38,932 bases of DNA, from NCBI GenBank assembly GCA_964372175.1, contig CAYJPP010000004.1, positions 1-38,932 of the forward strand. The letters run 5' to 3'. The DNA is from an uncultured Muribaculaceae bacterium (GTDB lineage: Bacteria > Bacillota_I > Bacilli_A > RF39 > UBA660). Below the pieces are notes generated by a model, which did not search any database, was not told where the DNA came from, and saw only the letters and a program-made list of their open reading frames with translations. The position numbers were made by a program, and so were the translations under genes. Positions 9,177-17,660 of this stretch are shown here, piece after piece; the first letter of the stretch is position 1, and each line of letters starts with the position of its first letter.

Positions 9177-9654
9177 ATTTGTTATAGGTATTTTTGTTTT
9201 AATTATATTAAGTAGTTTATTTATACTTTTTAATAATCAAGAAAAATATATTTCATGTATAACATTTAATATGAATCATGTGACTGATATTTCTTTTATC
9301 GAGATGGTAGATATTACATATAAAGGATTACTTAATAAAGAGGTATTGAAAATTAAAACTGTAAAAACATATGATAAAATGAACAGTACTGATTTTCCTG
9401 ATACTGAATATTATGAAATACTAAATAAAGATGGCTTGCGCTATAAAAATGCCCTTAATAATTATCACTATACAGTTATAAAAGATGAACAATTTATGAG
9501 ATATACTTTGAATAGTGAACTTTATTTAAGAGATAACACCTCTGAGCAATTGTCTGCCTCACCCTATAATAATGTTGTTTTAAATAATGAATTAAATTAT
9601 GATAAATTAGTTGAATCGTTTGAAGCAAGAAAATATGAATGTGTAGAAAGTTAA
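9169..9654 (+). CDS. small membrane-anchored hypothetical protein (Cys near N- and C-termini)
   Basis: N-terminal hydrophobic helix FVIGIFVLIILSSLFILF. 8-nt overlap with the PHP gene. No recognisable domain. Confidence 0.6.
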   Translation: MIKFVIGIFVLIILSSLFILFNNQEKYISCITFNMNHVTDISFIEMVDITYKGLLNKEVLKIKTVKTYDKMNSTDFPDTEYYEILNKDGLRYKNALNNYHYTVIKDEQFMRYTLNSELYLRDNTSEQLSASPYNNVVLNNELNYDKLVESFEARKYECVES

Positions 9655-9666
9655 AAGAGGATTTAC

Positions 9667-10890
9667 ATGAAAGTTAAAGTTATAAAAGGAACTAATAAAA
9701 TTGGAGGATGTGTAACGGAAATAAGTAGTGAGTGTACTAGAATAATTATTGATTTAGGAGAAGATTTAGAAGATACAAAAGATAAAAATCCTAATATTGA
9801 TGGTTTGACTATTGGACAACCCTTATATGATGCTGTATTTATAACTCATTCTCATGGTGATCATATAGGTTTAATAAAATATATTTTAACTGAAATTCCT
9901 ATATATATGGAAGAAGAAACTTACACGATTTTTAATTTAACAAATCTTTTTACATTTAAAGAAAGAATAGATAAAAGCAGGATTACATTCATTAAGTTCG
10001 AAGAAGAAATTTGTATAAATGATTTAAAAATCACTATGTATATTGTAGATCATTCAGCATATAATTCAGGGATGATTTTAGTTACAAATAAAGAAAAATC
10101 AATATTACATACAGGAGATTTTAGAACTCATGGAAGAAAAGGGAAAATATTAAAACCAACCTTAGATAAAATTATAAAAAAAGTAGGGGCTATTGATTTA
10201 TTAATAACTGAGGGTACTACATTAAGTAGAAAAGATAGCGATTCTAAAAAGGAAGCGTTATTAGAATACGATATTGCAAAAGTCTATGATAAATATGATC
10301 AAGTATTTATTTTACAATCATCTACTAATGTTGATAGAATAACAACTATGTATAAAGCAAATAAAAATCATAAATTTATATTAGACTTATTTACTGCTAC
10401 TATAACTAAAAATATAAAGGCCAAATTGCCCAAGGTTAGAACTCATAATTTAGGTGTTTATATACCTTTAAAATACCAAGAAAAAAAAGGGAACTTTGAT
10501 AAATATGTAATCAAACCTTTAAAAAAATACATTGATAATAATTTTTATGACGATAAATTTATTTTATATGTTAAATCTTCAATGATAAGCGATATTGAAA
10601 ATATAATGCAAAATGTTAAAAACAAAAACGCATGCTTAATTTATTCGATGTATGAGGGGTACCAAGAAAAAGAAGAACTAAAAGCATTTTTAGATAAAAT
10701 AAAACAGTTGCATATTAAATTTGAATTTATTCATACTTCTGGCCATGCAGATCATAAAGGATTGAAGTTTATGGCAAAACAAACAAAATCAAAAAAACAG
10801 CTTGTTATTCATACAACAGAGAAAGAAAATGCTAAAAAAGTATTTGAAAATCCAATTATACTAGAAGATAATGATGAGATAAATGTATGA
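9667..10890 (+). CDS. beta-CASP-type metallo-beta-lactamase fold nuclease (RNase J/CPSF-like core)
   Basis: HSHGDHIG (motif 2), VDHS (motif 3), HTGDFRTHG (motif 4), LITEGT (beta-CASP A), HTSGHAD (B), VIHT (C). Confidence 0.85.
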   Translation: MKVKVIKGTNKIGGCVTEISSECTRIIIDLGEDLEDTKDKNPNIDGLTIGQPLYDAVFITHSHGDHIGLIKYILTEIPIYMEEETYTIFNLTNLFTFKERIDKSRITFIKFEEEICINDLKITMYIVDHSAYNSGMILVTNKEKSILHTGDFRTHGRKGKILKPTLDKIIKKVGAIDLLITEGTTLSRKDSDSKKEALLEYDIAKVYDKYDQVFILQSSTNVDRITTMYKANKNHKFILDLFTATITKNIKAKLPKVRTHNLGVYIPLKYQEKKGNFDKYVIKPLKKYIDNNFYDDKFILYVKSSMISDIENIMQNVKNKNACLIYSMYEGYQEKEELKAFLDKIKQLHIKFEFIHTSGHADHKGLKFMAKQTKSKKQLVIHTTEKENAKKVFENPIILEDNDEINV

Positions 10891-11315
10891 GAATAATAGT
10901 TGATGCGGATGCAACTCCTGCAATTAGATTAATTGAAGAAGTAGCTAAAAACTATAAAATAGAATGTATTTTAATAGCTGATGATTCACACGAGTTACAG
11001 AGTGAGTATAGTTCTATAATAATAGTTAGTAAAGGTCATAATAGTGCGGACATTTACATTTTGAACAATATAAAACAAAATGATATTGTTATAACGCAAG
11101 ATTATGGGATTGCTTGTGTTGCACTTTCTAAAAAATGTTTTGTTGTTAACACTTATGGATATGAATATACTGAACTAAACATAGATTCTTTATTAATGAA
11201 TAGGTATTTAAATTTAAAATCAAAGAAAAAAATAGGACCTAAAAAAAGAAATATAGAGGATAATAAAAGATTAATTAATACACTTGATTCACTAATTGCA
11301 TTAAATTTAAAATAG
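10887..11315 (+). CDS. YaiI/YqxD family protein (UPF0178, DUF188)
   Basis: MRIIVDADATP..., NSADIYI..., DIVITQDYGIA signature. ATGA overlap with the MBL gene. Confidence 0.85.
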   Translation: MRIIVDADATPAIRLIEEVAKNYKIECILIADDSHELQSEYSSIIIVSKGHNSADIYILNNIKQNDIVITQDYGIACVALSKKCFVVNTYGYEYTELNIDSLLMNRYLNLKSKKKIGPKKRNIEDNKRLINTLDSLIALNLK

Positions 11316-11342
11316 GTGTATGATATAAAAAGAGGTGATGGA

Positions 11343-11819
11343 ATGAGAATATTATATATTATGATTATTTCAATATTGTTAATTATAGGAATTATTTCGG
11401 TTTCAAGTTTTAGCAATAAAAATAAAGATTTATATGAAACCAAGCAAGAAAATGAAGAACTAACAACTGAAATGGTGGAATTACAAGCTAAATATGATGA
11501 ATTATTAGACGTTCATAATAATCCGACGTATTTTGATTGCGAGTATACTATTACTTTAAGTTACCAGGATACATTGGAATTTTTTAGCCAGGATGAAAAT
11601 TATAAATATGTTGCTTTTGGCCAATATCAAGGAGTTAATCCGGTAATTCTGACAACGGAATTGAAAAATGAGTTAATAAAAAATCAATTTTATGAACTAA
11701 GAATAAAAGGTCAAGAAACAATAAACGATAGTTTTTCTAATTCTATTCATGAAATAATTGATATAAAATTAGTTGATAATAATATTGAAAATCATGTTTT
11801 TGAAACATGTAAAAAATAA
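11343..11819 (+). CDS. small membrane-anchored hypothetical protein with short coiled-coil
   Basis: ATG at 11343 follows AGAGGTGATGG. N-terminal helix ILYIMIISILLIIGIISV. No recognisable domain. Confidence 0.6.
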   Translation: MRILYIMIISILLIIGIISVSSFSNKNKDLYETKQENEELTTEMVELQAKYDELLDVHNNPTYFDCEYTITLSYQDTLEFFSQDENYKYVAFGQYQGVNPVILTTELKNELIKNQFYELRIKGQETINDSFSNSIHEIIDIKLVDNNIENHVFETCKK

Positions 11820-11842
11820 ACCTAATTAATAGGTTTTTTGTT
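11818..11842. terminator. bidirectional intrinsic terminator between convergent genes
   Basis: AAACCTA (11818-11824) / TAGGTTT (11830-11836) stem with a 5-nt loop, then TTTGTTT. An A-run lies on the other side. Confidence 0.7.
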
Positions 11843-11856
11843 TGGTAATTAAAACG

Positions 11857-13662
11857 TTATTTTAAAAACTTTGTTACTATTTCATCCAGTTCATTTCTAT
11901 TAATTGGTTTAGATATATAATCATCAAATCCGGCATCTAAGTATTGATTTTTCATTTCTGATAAAGCATTAGCTGTTAAGACTACAACTGGGGTAGAAAA
12001 AGAAGGTTGCTCTTTTAGTTTCTTTAATGTTTCAGTTCCAGTCATTACAGGCATCATGTCATCTAAAAATATCAAATCAAAGTTAGTATTAATTATATCT
12101 AGGCATTCTTGTCCTGATTGTACACTAGTTATCTGGCATTCGTATATAGCTAATAATTTCTCAGCCACTTTTAAATTGATCGCATTATCATCGACTAATA
12201 ATATTTTTTTAGTTGGAAATTTCGATTGCTCTTTAATATTTTTTGATTGTTCTGATTTATTTCCAACAACTATTTTTTGATTTAAAGTTACTATAAATTT
12301 AGAACCTTTATTAAATTCACTTTCTACTTCAATTTTACCATTCATCAACTCAGTTAATTTCTTAGTAATTACTAAACCAAGCCCGGTTCCTTCAATGTTC
12401 ACATTTTTATCTTCATTTAATCTTTGGAATTTATTGAAAAGGTTATTAAGATCGTCTTTCTTTATTCCTTGTCCTGTGTCTTCAACTTCAATAACTAATC
12501 TACAATTATCATTTTTTATTTCAGTTGTTAGACTTATTTTTACAAACCCTTTATCAGTATATTTGATTGCATTTGTTAGTAGATTTAAAATTATTTGCTT
12601 AATTCTTATGTCATCACCGTATAAAAATTCTGGTGTTGATTCATCATAAGAACTGTTAAATTTAATATCTTTTTTTCCTATTTTTGTTTTTGCTAGTTTT
12701 ATAGCTTCTGAGTATACTTTTTTTAACTCATATTCTTTATTTGTTATTTCTAATTTATTGGCTTCTATTTTAGATAAATCTAAAACCCCGTTTATAATAT
12801 CTAATAAGGAATTTGATGCCATCGCTATATCATCTATGTCTTCTTTAATTTGAGATGGAAGATCTTGTTCTTTTAATAATTGACTAAATCCTACAATTGC
12901 ATTTAATGGTGTTCTTATTTCATGTGAGATATTTGATAAAAAATCTGTTTTAGCATTACTTGCTTTCAAAGCTTGATTTTTAGCAATGTTAATTTCTTCT
13001 ATGAGTCTTATATCAGGATTTTCAATTGTGAAAAACATTAATAAAATATTAAATACTAAGGCAAATGTAATAATGGATAAGCTAGGAGTCATTTCTTGGG
13101 TAATCCCTATTAAAATTAATGAAATAACGAACATAAATAAAGGGATTAGTTTTTCTTTTTTAAAATCTTGTTTATCTTTATAAAATCTATATATTATAAG
13201 TAGAATGATCAAAGTTGACCAAAAGCCTAAAACTGTATTTGTAAATGTTTTTAATGTTCCGCTTACAATAATGAGGCTATCTGATAAATTAACGTCAATT
13301 GGTAAAATTATAAAGAATATAGAAATTAGTCCCGAAATATAAAATGTAAATCTAGTTAGTTGTTTTTTTTCTTTATTTGTCATACCACGCGCTACATAAT
13401 AGGCATAGTAGAACATTAATAAGCCTATGGTACATAAAAAAAAGAAATACAGTTTATTAACATAAATAACTAAGCCAATATTAAATTCTAATAAAGTAAA
13501 CGAGGTCGCTACAACATCAATAATAGTCCCTAATAAAGTTGTTACTAATAATACTGAATACAGGTCTGTTTCAGTTGTTTTAACCTTGTTTCGTTTAAAG
13601 TAAACTATATTAAGAGCTGTTATTATAAATAACGCACATATTTGAGTTATTAGTCCATACAT
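11857..13662 (-). CDS. hybrid sensor histidine kinase / response regulator with polytopic N-terminal membrane domain
   Basis: H-box SHEIRTPLNAI. HATPase N/G boxes (LLTNAIKYT, DTGQGI, GTGLGL). C-terminal receiver (LLVDDNAINL...FLDDMMPVMTG...ISKP). About 6 predicted TM helices. Confidence 0.9.
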   Translation of the reverse strand: MYGLITQICALFIITALNIVYFKRNKVKTTETDLYSVLLVTTLLGTIIDVVATSFTLLEFNIGLVIYVNKLYFFFLCTIGLLMFYYAYYVARGMTNKEKKQLTRFTFYISGLISIFFIILPIDVNLSDSLIIVSGTLKTFTNTVLGFWSTLIILLIIYRFYKDKQDFKKEKLIPLFMFVISLILIGITQEMTPSLSIITFALVFNILLMFFTIENPDIRLIEEINIAKNQALKASNAKTDFLSNISHEIRTPLNAIVGFSQLLKEQDLPSQIKEDIDDIAMASNSLLDIINGVLDLSKIEANKLEITNKEYELKKVYSEAIKLAKTKIGKKDIKFNSSYDESTPEFLYGDDIRIKQIILNLLTNAIKYTDKGFVKISLTTEIKNDNCRLVIEVEDTGQGIKKDDLNNLFNKFQRLNEDKNVNIEGTGLGLVITKKLTELMNGKIEVESEFNKGSKFIVTLNQKIVVGNKSEQSKNIKEQSKFPTKKILLVDDNAINLKVAEKLLAIYECQITSVQSGQECLDIINTNFDLIFLDDMMPVMTGTETLKKLKEQPSFSTPVVVLTANALSEMKNQYLDAGFDDYISKPINRNELDEIVTKFLK

Positions 13663-13774
13663 ATATTCATCACCTATTATAATTATAACATGGATTTAAT
13701 GGAACTATAAATAAAATTTTAATTTTATATTTAAACATGTCTAAAATATGATAAAATATAAAGGGAGGTAAGAT

Positions 13775-14206
13775 ATGACAATTTTAGATGTAGCAATATT
13801 TTTATTTATTGTACTGGAAACGCTTAATGTTATTATTATTTATTTTAAACCTGATTTTAAATACGGTAATGGTTTATCTGTTTTTAAAGGTTGGGAAAAA
13901 TCACAGAAGAATGAGGGGTTAAGATTATACTCTAATTATATGGCTAATTGGGTAGGAAATTCTAAATTGATATTTATCGTTCTGTTAGTAGTTATTTTGT
14001 TAACAGGTACTGATTTAACAAAATTAATAACTGTTATGGTGATGGTACCATTAATTGCAGTTTATTATTTAAGGATGCACTTAATAATTAAACAACTTGA
14101 TAAAATAGGGGAATTAAAACAAAAAGGATATTCAAAAACATTATTTAGATTGATAACATGTTTTATAATAATGTTTGTTATGTGTTTAGCTATATATAGT
14201 ATTTAA
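13775..14206 (+). CDS. small polytopic membrane protein (about 4 TM), unknown function
   Basis: GGGAGG SD. Four hydrophobic stretches. No recognised motif. Confidence 0.65.
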   Translation: MTILDVAIFLFIVLETLNVIIIYFKPDFKYGNGLSVFKGWEKSQKNEGLRLYSNYMANWVGNSKLIFIVLLVVILLTGTDLTKLITVMVMVPLIAVYYLRMHLIIKQLDKIGELKQKGYSKTLFRLITCFIIMFVMCLAIYSI

Positions 14207-14215
14207 GGAGCGAAA

Positions 14216-14653
14216 ATGAAGAAAATATTATTGATAGGGTTAATATTATTATTAACTGGGTGTGTAGATGAGACACCAATGGAACCGAAAAAACTAGCAT
14301 GTACAATAGAAATATCAGAAGGGTCTATATCTGAAACTATGCTTGAATTTGACGGGTTAGGAGAAGAACCTAAAAATGTTACAATAAGCACAACTGTTAA
14401 TGTGTTTAAAGATGTTCCAGAAGAATTGGTAGAGGATTTAATTGATCAATTGAATGTTGATGCTTGTCAATCTTATATAAATGAGACTGGTGTTACTTGT
14501 GAGAGTGTTAGAAATGGAGAAAATTTAATAAATATAATTAAATATGATTTATCTAAAACATCAGATGAGTTTTTAGCTAGAGATGGATTTATAAAAGATA
14601 CATATGACAATTTTAAAACTGGTTTTGAAGAAGTTGGATACATTTGTGAATAA
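14216..14653 (+). CDS. lipoprotein, unknown function
   Basis: Signal peptide with lipobox LLLTGC. AGGAG SD. Confidence 0.75.
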   Translation: MKKILLIGLILLLTGCVDETPMEPKKLACTIEISEGSISETMLEFDGLGEEPKNVTISTTVNVFKDVPEELVEDLIDQLNVDACQSYINETGVTCESVRNGENLINIIKYDLSKTSDEFLARDGFIKDTYDNFKTGFEEVGYICE

Positions 14654-15218
14654 TGTCATATTTTGTGAATTTTTAGAAGCTGATTTAGAGTTATTAAAAA
14701 TTAATGATAATGAAAATAATAAGTTTCCTATTATTAAAATTAGTGACAGTATTGATGAGGCTTCTAAACATGATGGGTTTATGGTTATTATAAAAAGTGA
14801 AATTAAAGAAAAAAAATTGAAATATTTTTTCAAGTTATATCATCACAAGTTTAAAAACTATAAGCATATTTTACTGTATAATGAAGATTATGCTCTTGAT
14901 TTGAAAATAAAAAGGTATAATAAGGTTTTATTAGTTAATAATTACTTGTTTTCAAATGATTTTTCATTTTATTTAGACGAACTATATTATAATACTGTTT
15001 GTGTCGAAAAAACATTTAATGCCAATAAACAAACTAAATTAGATACCTTAATAGCGTGGTTAAATGATAAAAAGAATTTTAAAACATCGGATATTGTTCA
15101 TGAGTTAGGTATTACTAAGCGTTCAGTTGAAAGATATCTAGAATCATTATATGACTTGGGGTATAAAATTTACTATGATACAAAAACAAAGTCGTGGTAT
15201 TATATTAAGGGAAACTAA
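14604..15218 (+). CDS. hypothetical protein with C-terminal winged-HTH (HTH_11/DeoR-N-like)
   Basis: TSDIVHELGITKRSVERYLESLYDLGYKI near the C-terminus. The start is uncertain: ATG 14604 overlaps the lipoprotein gene by 50 nt, and in-frame GTG 14646 is an alternative. Confidence 0.6.
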   Translation: MTILKLVLKKLDTFVNNVIFCEFLEADLELLKINDNENNKFPIIKISDSIDEASKHDGFMVIIKSEIKEKKLKYFFKLYHHKFKNYKHILLYNEDYALDLKIKRYNKVLLVNNYLFSNDFSFYLDELYYNTVCVEKTFNANKQTKLDTLIAWLNDKKNFKTSDIVHELGITKRSVERYLESLYDLGYKIYYDTKTKSWYYIKGN

Positions 15219-15238
15219 AAAAAGGTTTCCCTTTTTTT
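15209..15238. terminator. bidirectional intrinsic terminator
   Basis: GGGAAAC (15209-15215) / GTTTCCC (15225-15231) stem, A-rich loop, then T7 run. Shared by convergent genes. Confidence 0.7.
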
Positions 15239-16448
15239 AATCACGATCATATACTCCAAAAATCATTCTTTTAACTGCTAAGTATAAATAAGAAATCTTA
15301 TACCATGTTGTGTAATCAACTATACCAGTTGGGCTTAAATCAAATGTTTCTTGAAAAAATATAACGGCCTCTTTTGTTTGTTCATCAAAGTTTCCATCTG
15401 GGTTTTTAATTTCAATTAAACCTGGGTAGTTTCCTCTGATAATGTTAATTTGATTTTGAAATTTTTTAACTGGTTCACCACAATTTCCCACTTGAAGCGG
15501 AGCGCCGGGAAATGAAGTTGGTAAACCTTCTTTGAAACTAGCTGTTGCTTCTTCTAAATTATTTCCGTAATAATACTTTAAAATATCAAAAGATTTATAG
15601 CCACTATTTCCCAAATCATTTGATCCCCATTGCCAGAGCCAGCCTTCATTTTGTAATGTTGTCCCATCACAGTATTGAGCGAATAGTGGTTCTTCTTTTT
15701 CAGGTCTTTTTATGTAAGTTTGTATTACTTCATCAACTACTTGGGAAATAGTTCCAAATATGGTTCTATCATGAGAATATTTTTGATCATATGCTGTAAC
15801 TGAGGTTATAGTAAATGGATATCCCTTTGATTGATACCATTCGGTATAAACACGATTTAAGGTGAATGATATAATTGCTAAAATATTTGCTTTCAGTGTT
15901 TCGTATGGCCAAGTTGAATATATCTCACTACATGCAACATTTTTGATGTAGTCTATAAATAGGACATTATACTTTGGAGCAGTGTTATCATCTGGAATAC
16001 CATCATGTACTATGATGTATTCTGGAATAAAGACTTCACTAAAAACTATGGGATTAACTGGATTGATTTTTTCGTTATACTTTCCAGAGTAATCACCAGA
16101 TAAGTTTATTGGGGGGATAATTATCTCTTGATTAGTTATTCCAGTCTCATCATTTGAATGTAATGTGACATTTTGAATAGAAACTACTCCTTCGAATATT
16201 TCAATGTTCCTTATTGTCACGGTTGTTAATCCTGGTTTGCTTACTTCAATATCATATGTAACATAAGGAATATTAGTGGGGGTTAATGAATTATCTTTAT
16301 TAACAGTAGATAAGGTAATGCTTCCTGTCTTGCCATTTTCATTAGTTTCGTAGGTCATGTTTGTATTTAATATTTTTACTGTTGCTCCCGTTATAGGTTG
16401 GGAAATATCATCTGCCAAGACATTAACAGATAAATAACCATTATACAT
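15237..16448 (-). CDS. cell-wall protein: carboxypeptidase-regulatory-like N-domain + SpoIID/LytB-like domain + PG_binding_1 domain
   Basis: YIKNVACSEIYSTWPYETLKANILAIISFTLNRV resembles the SpoIID/LytB signature. C-terminal FDEQTKEAVIFFQETFDLSPTGIVDYTTW is a peptidoglycan-binding repeat. Confidence 0.75.
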   Translation of the reverse strand: MYNGYLSVNVLADDISQPITGATVKILNTNMTYETNENGKTGSITLSTVNKDNSLTPTNIPYVTYDIEVSKPGLTTVTIRNIEIFEGVVSIQNVTLHSNDETGITNQEIIIPPINLSGDYSGKYNEKINPVNPIVFSEVFIPEYIIVHDGIPDDNTAPKYNVLFIDYIKNVACSEIYSTWPYETLKANILAIISFTLNRVYTEWYQSKGYPFTITSVTAYDQKYSHDRTIFGTISQVVDEVIQTYIKRPEKEEPLFAQYCDGTTLQNEGWLWQWGSNDLGNSGYKSFDILKYYYGNNLEEATASFKEGLPTSFPGAPLQVGNCGEPVKKFQNQINIIRGNYPGLIEIKNPDGNFDEQTKEAVIFFQETFDLSPTGIVDYTTWYKISYLYLAVKRMIFGVYDRD

Positions 16449-16525
16449 AAAATCAACTCCTTTTTAATTATATTCTAAATATTAATTAATTATTTACATA
16501 TAATTTATTATTGAAAGGAGTATGT

Positions 16526-17638
16526 ATGAATAATAGTTTTTTAAAAGAAGGAGACAGCGGGGAAGAAGTAACTTTGCTACAACAAATGTTAAAAATTAAT
16601 AATTATTTCCCGGGGTCTACTACCGGTGTGTATGGTCCAGATACAGTTTTATATGTAAGTAATTTTCAAAAGGATTTTAATTTGGATGTTACGGGAAATA
16701 CAACCCAAGAAACTTGGGAAATGTTATACAAAATTACGGAACCAGCAATGACTTTTTCTGTTTTAACCAAACCAACTTTGTTTATAGGTGATGAAGGTGA
16801 GGAAGTTAGAGAGGTTCAAATAATCTTAAAAGATTTGTTATATTATGAAGGTGAAATTGATGGTGTTTTTGATCAAGAATTGTATATAGCAGTTCAGTCA
16901 TTTCAGTTCTTAAATAAATTAGTCCCAGATGGAATAGTTGGTAAAAGTACGTGGAGTGCTTTAATTAATTTATATACACCATTAGCTGATTGTGAAGAGG
17001 GCAGTATACCTGATTCTAGTAGTGTGTACACTGTTAAAAAAGGGGATACTTTATACTCGATTGCTAGGCAATTTAATACAACGGTTGATGAAATAAAACG
17101 GTTGAATAATCTAACTAGTAATACATTAAGTATTGGCCAAGTTTTAAAAATAAAGGAAGAAAATTTGGGTGAAAATGATTACGTAACATATACGGTAAAG
17201 GCAGGGGATACATTATATTCAATTGCAAGGAATAATAATATAACAGTTGATGAGTTAAGAAAATTAAACAATTTAACTAGTGATATACTAAGTATTGGTC
17301 AAGTTTTAAAAATAAGAGCAATTAATGTAGAAGAACCTGATGAATTTACTTATACTGTAAAAAGTGGAGATACATTATATTCAATAGCGAGATTATTTAA
17401 TACAACAGTTGATGAAATAAAAAGACTAAACAATTTAACTAGTAATGTATTAAGTATTGGACAGGTTTTAAAAATAAGAGAATCTGAAACAGAACCTGGT
17501 GTTATAACTTATACTGTACAAAGTGGAGATACGCTTTATTCTATTGCTGCTAGATTTAATACATCTGTTAATGACTTGATAATAAAAAATAATTTAACTA
17601 ATACAATTTTAAGTATTGGTCAAGTTTTAAAAATATAA
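16526..17638 (+). CDS. peptidoglycan-binding protein: 2 x PG_binding_1 + 4 x LysM
   Basis: GDSGEEVTLLQQML...GVYGPDT and GDEGEEVREVQIIL...GVFDQEL repeats. Four YTV(K/Q)xGDTLYSIA...LSIGQVLKI LysM modules. ATG 16526 follows AAAGGAG. Confidence 0.9.
   Translation: MNNSFLKEGDSGEEVTLLQQMLKINNYFPGSTTGVYGPDTVLYVSNFQKDFNLDVTGNTTQETWEMLYKITEPAMTFSVLTKPTLFIGDEGEEVREVQIILKDLLYYEGEIDGVFDQELYIAVQSFQFLNKLVPDGIVGKSTWSALINLYTPLADCEEGSIPDSSSVYTVKKGDTLYSIARQFNTTVDEIKRLNNLTSNTLSIGQVLKIKEENLGENDYVTYTVKAGDTLYSIARNNNITVDELRKLNNLTSDILSIGQVLKIRAINVEEPDEFTYTVKSGDTLYSIARLFNTTVDEIKRLNNLTSNVLSIGQVLKIRESETEPGVITYTVQSGDTLYSIAARFNTSVNDLIIKNNLTNTILSIGQVLKI
17027..17635 (+). repeat. four tandem LysM-coding modules (period about 53-54 codons)
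   Basis: Read directly. Modules 1 and 3 are nearly identical in protein but differ at many synonymous sites. Confidence 0.8.
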
Positions 17639-17660
17639 AAAGATGATTTCTCATCTTTTT
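17638..17660. terminator. bidirectional intrinsic terminator
   Basis: AAAAGATGA / TCATCTTTT 9-bp stem with TTTC loop. Overlaps the stop codons of the convergent LysM and tsaC genes. Confidence 0.7.

Noticed and set aside
1445-15751. Other short antisense ORFs in the track (1445-1648, 3539-3844, 5082-5315, 6214-6417, 6655-6909, 11153-11443, 12056-12280, 12395-12649, 12986-13183, 14203-14391, 14573-14833, 15545-15751), plus 26101-26364 and 27450-27659
   Set aside because: All lie inside and opposite well-supported genes. They lack SD motifs and encode low-complexity peptides.
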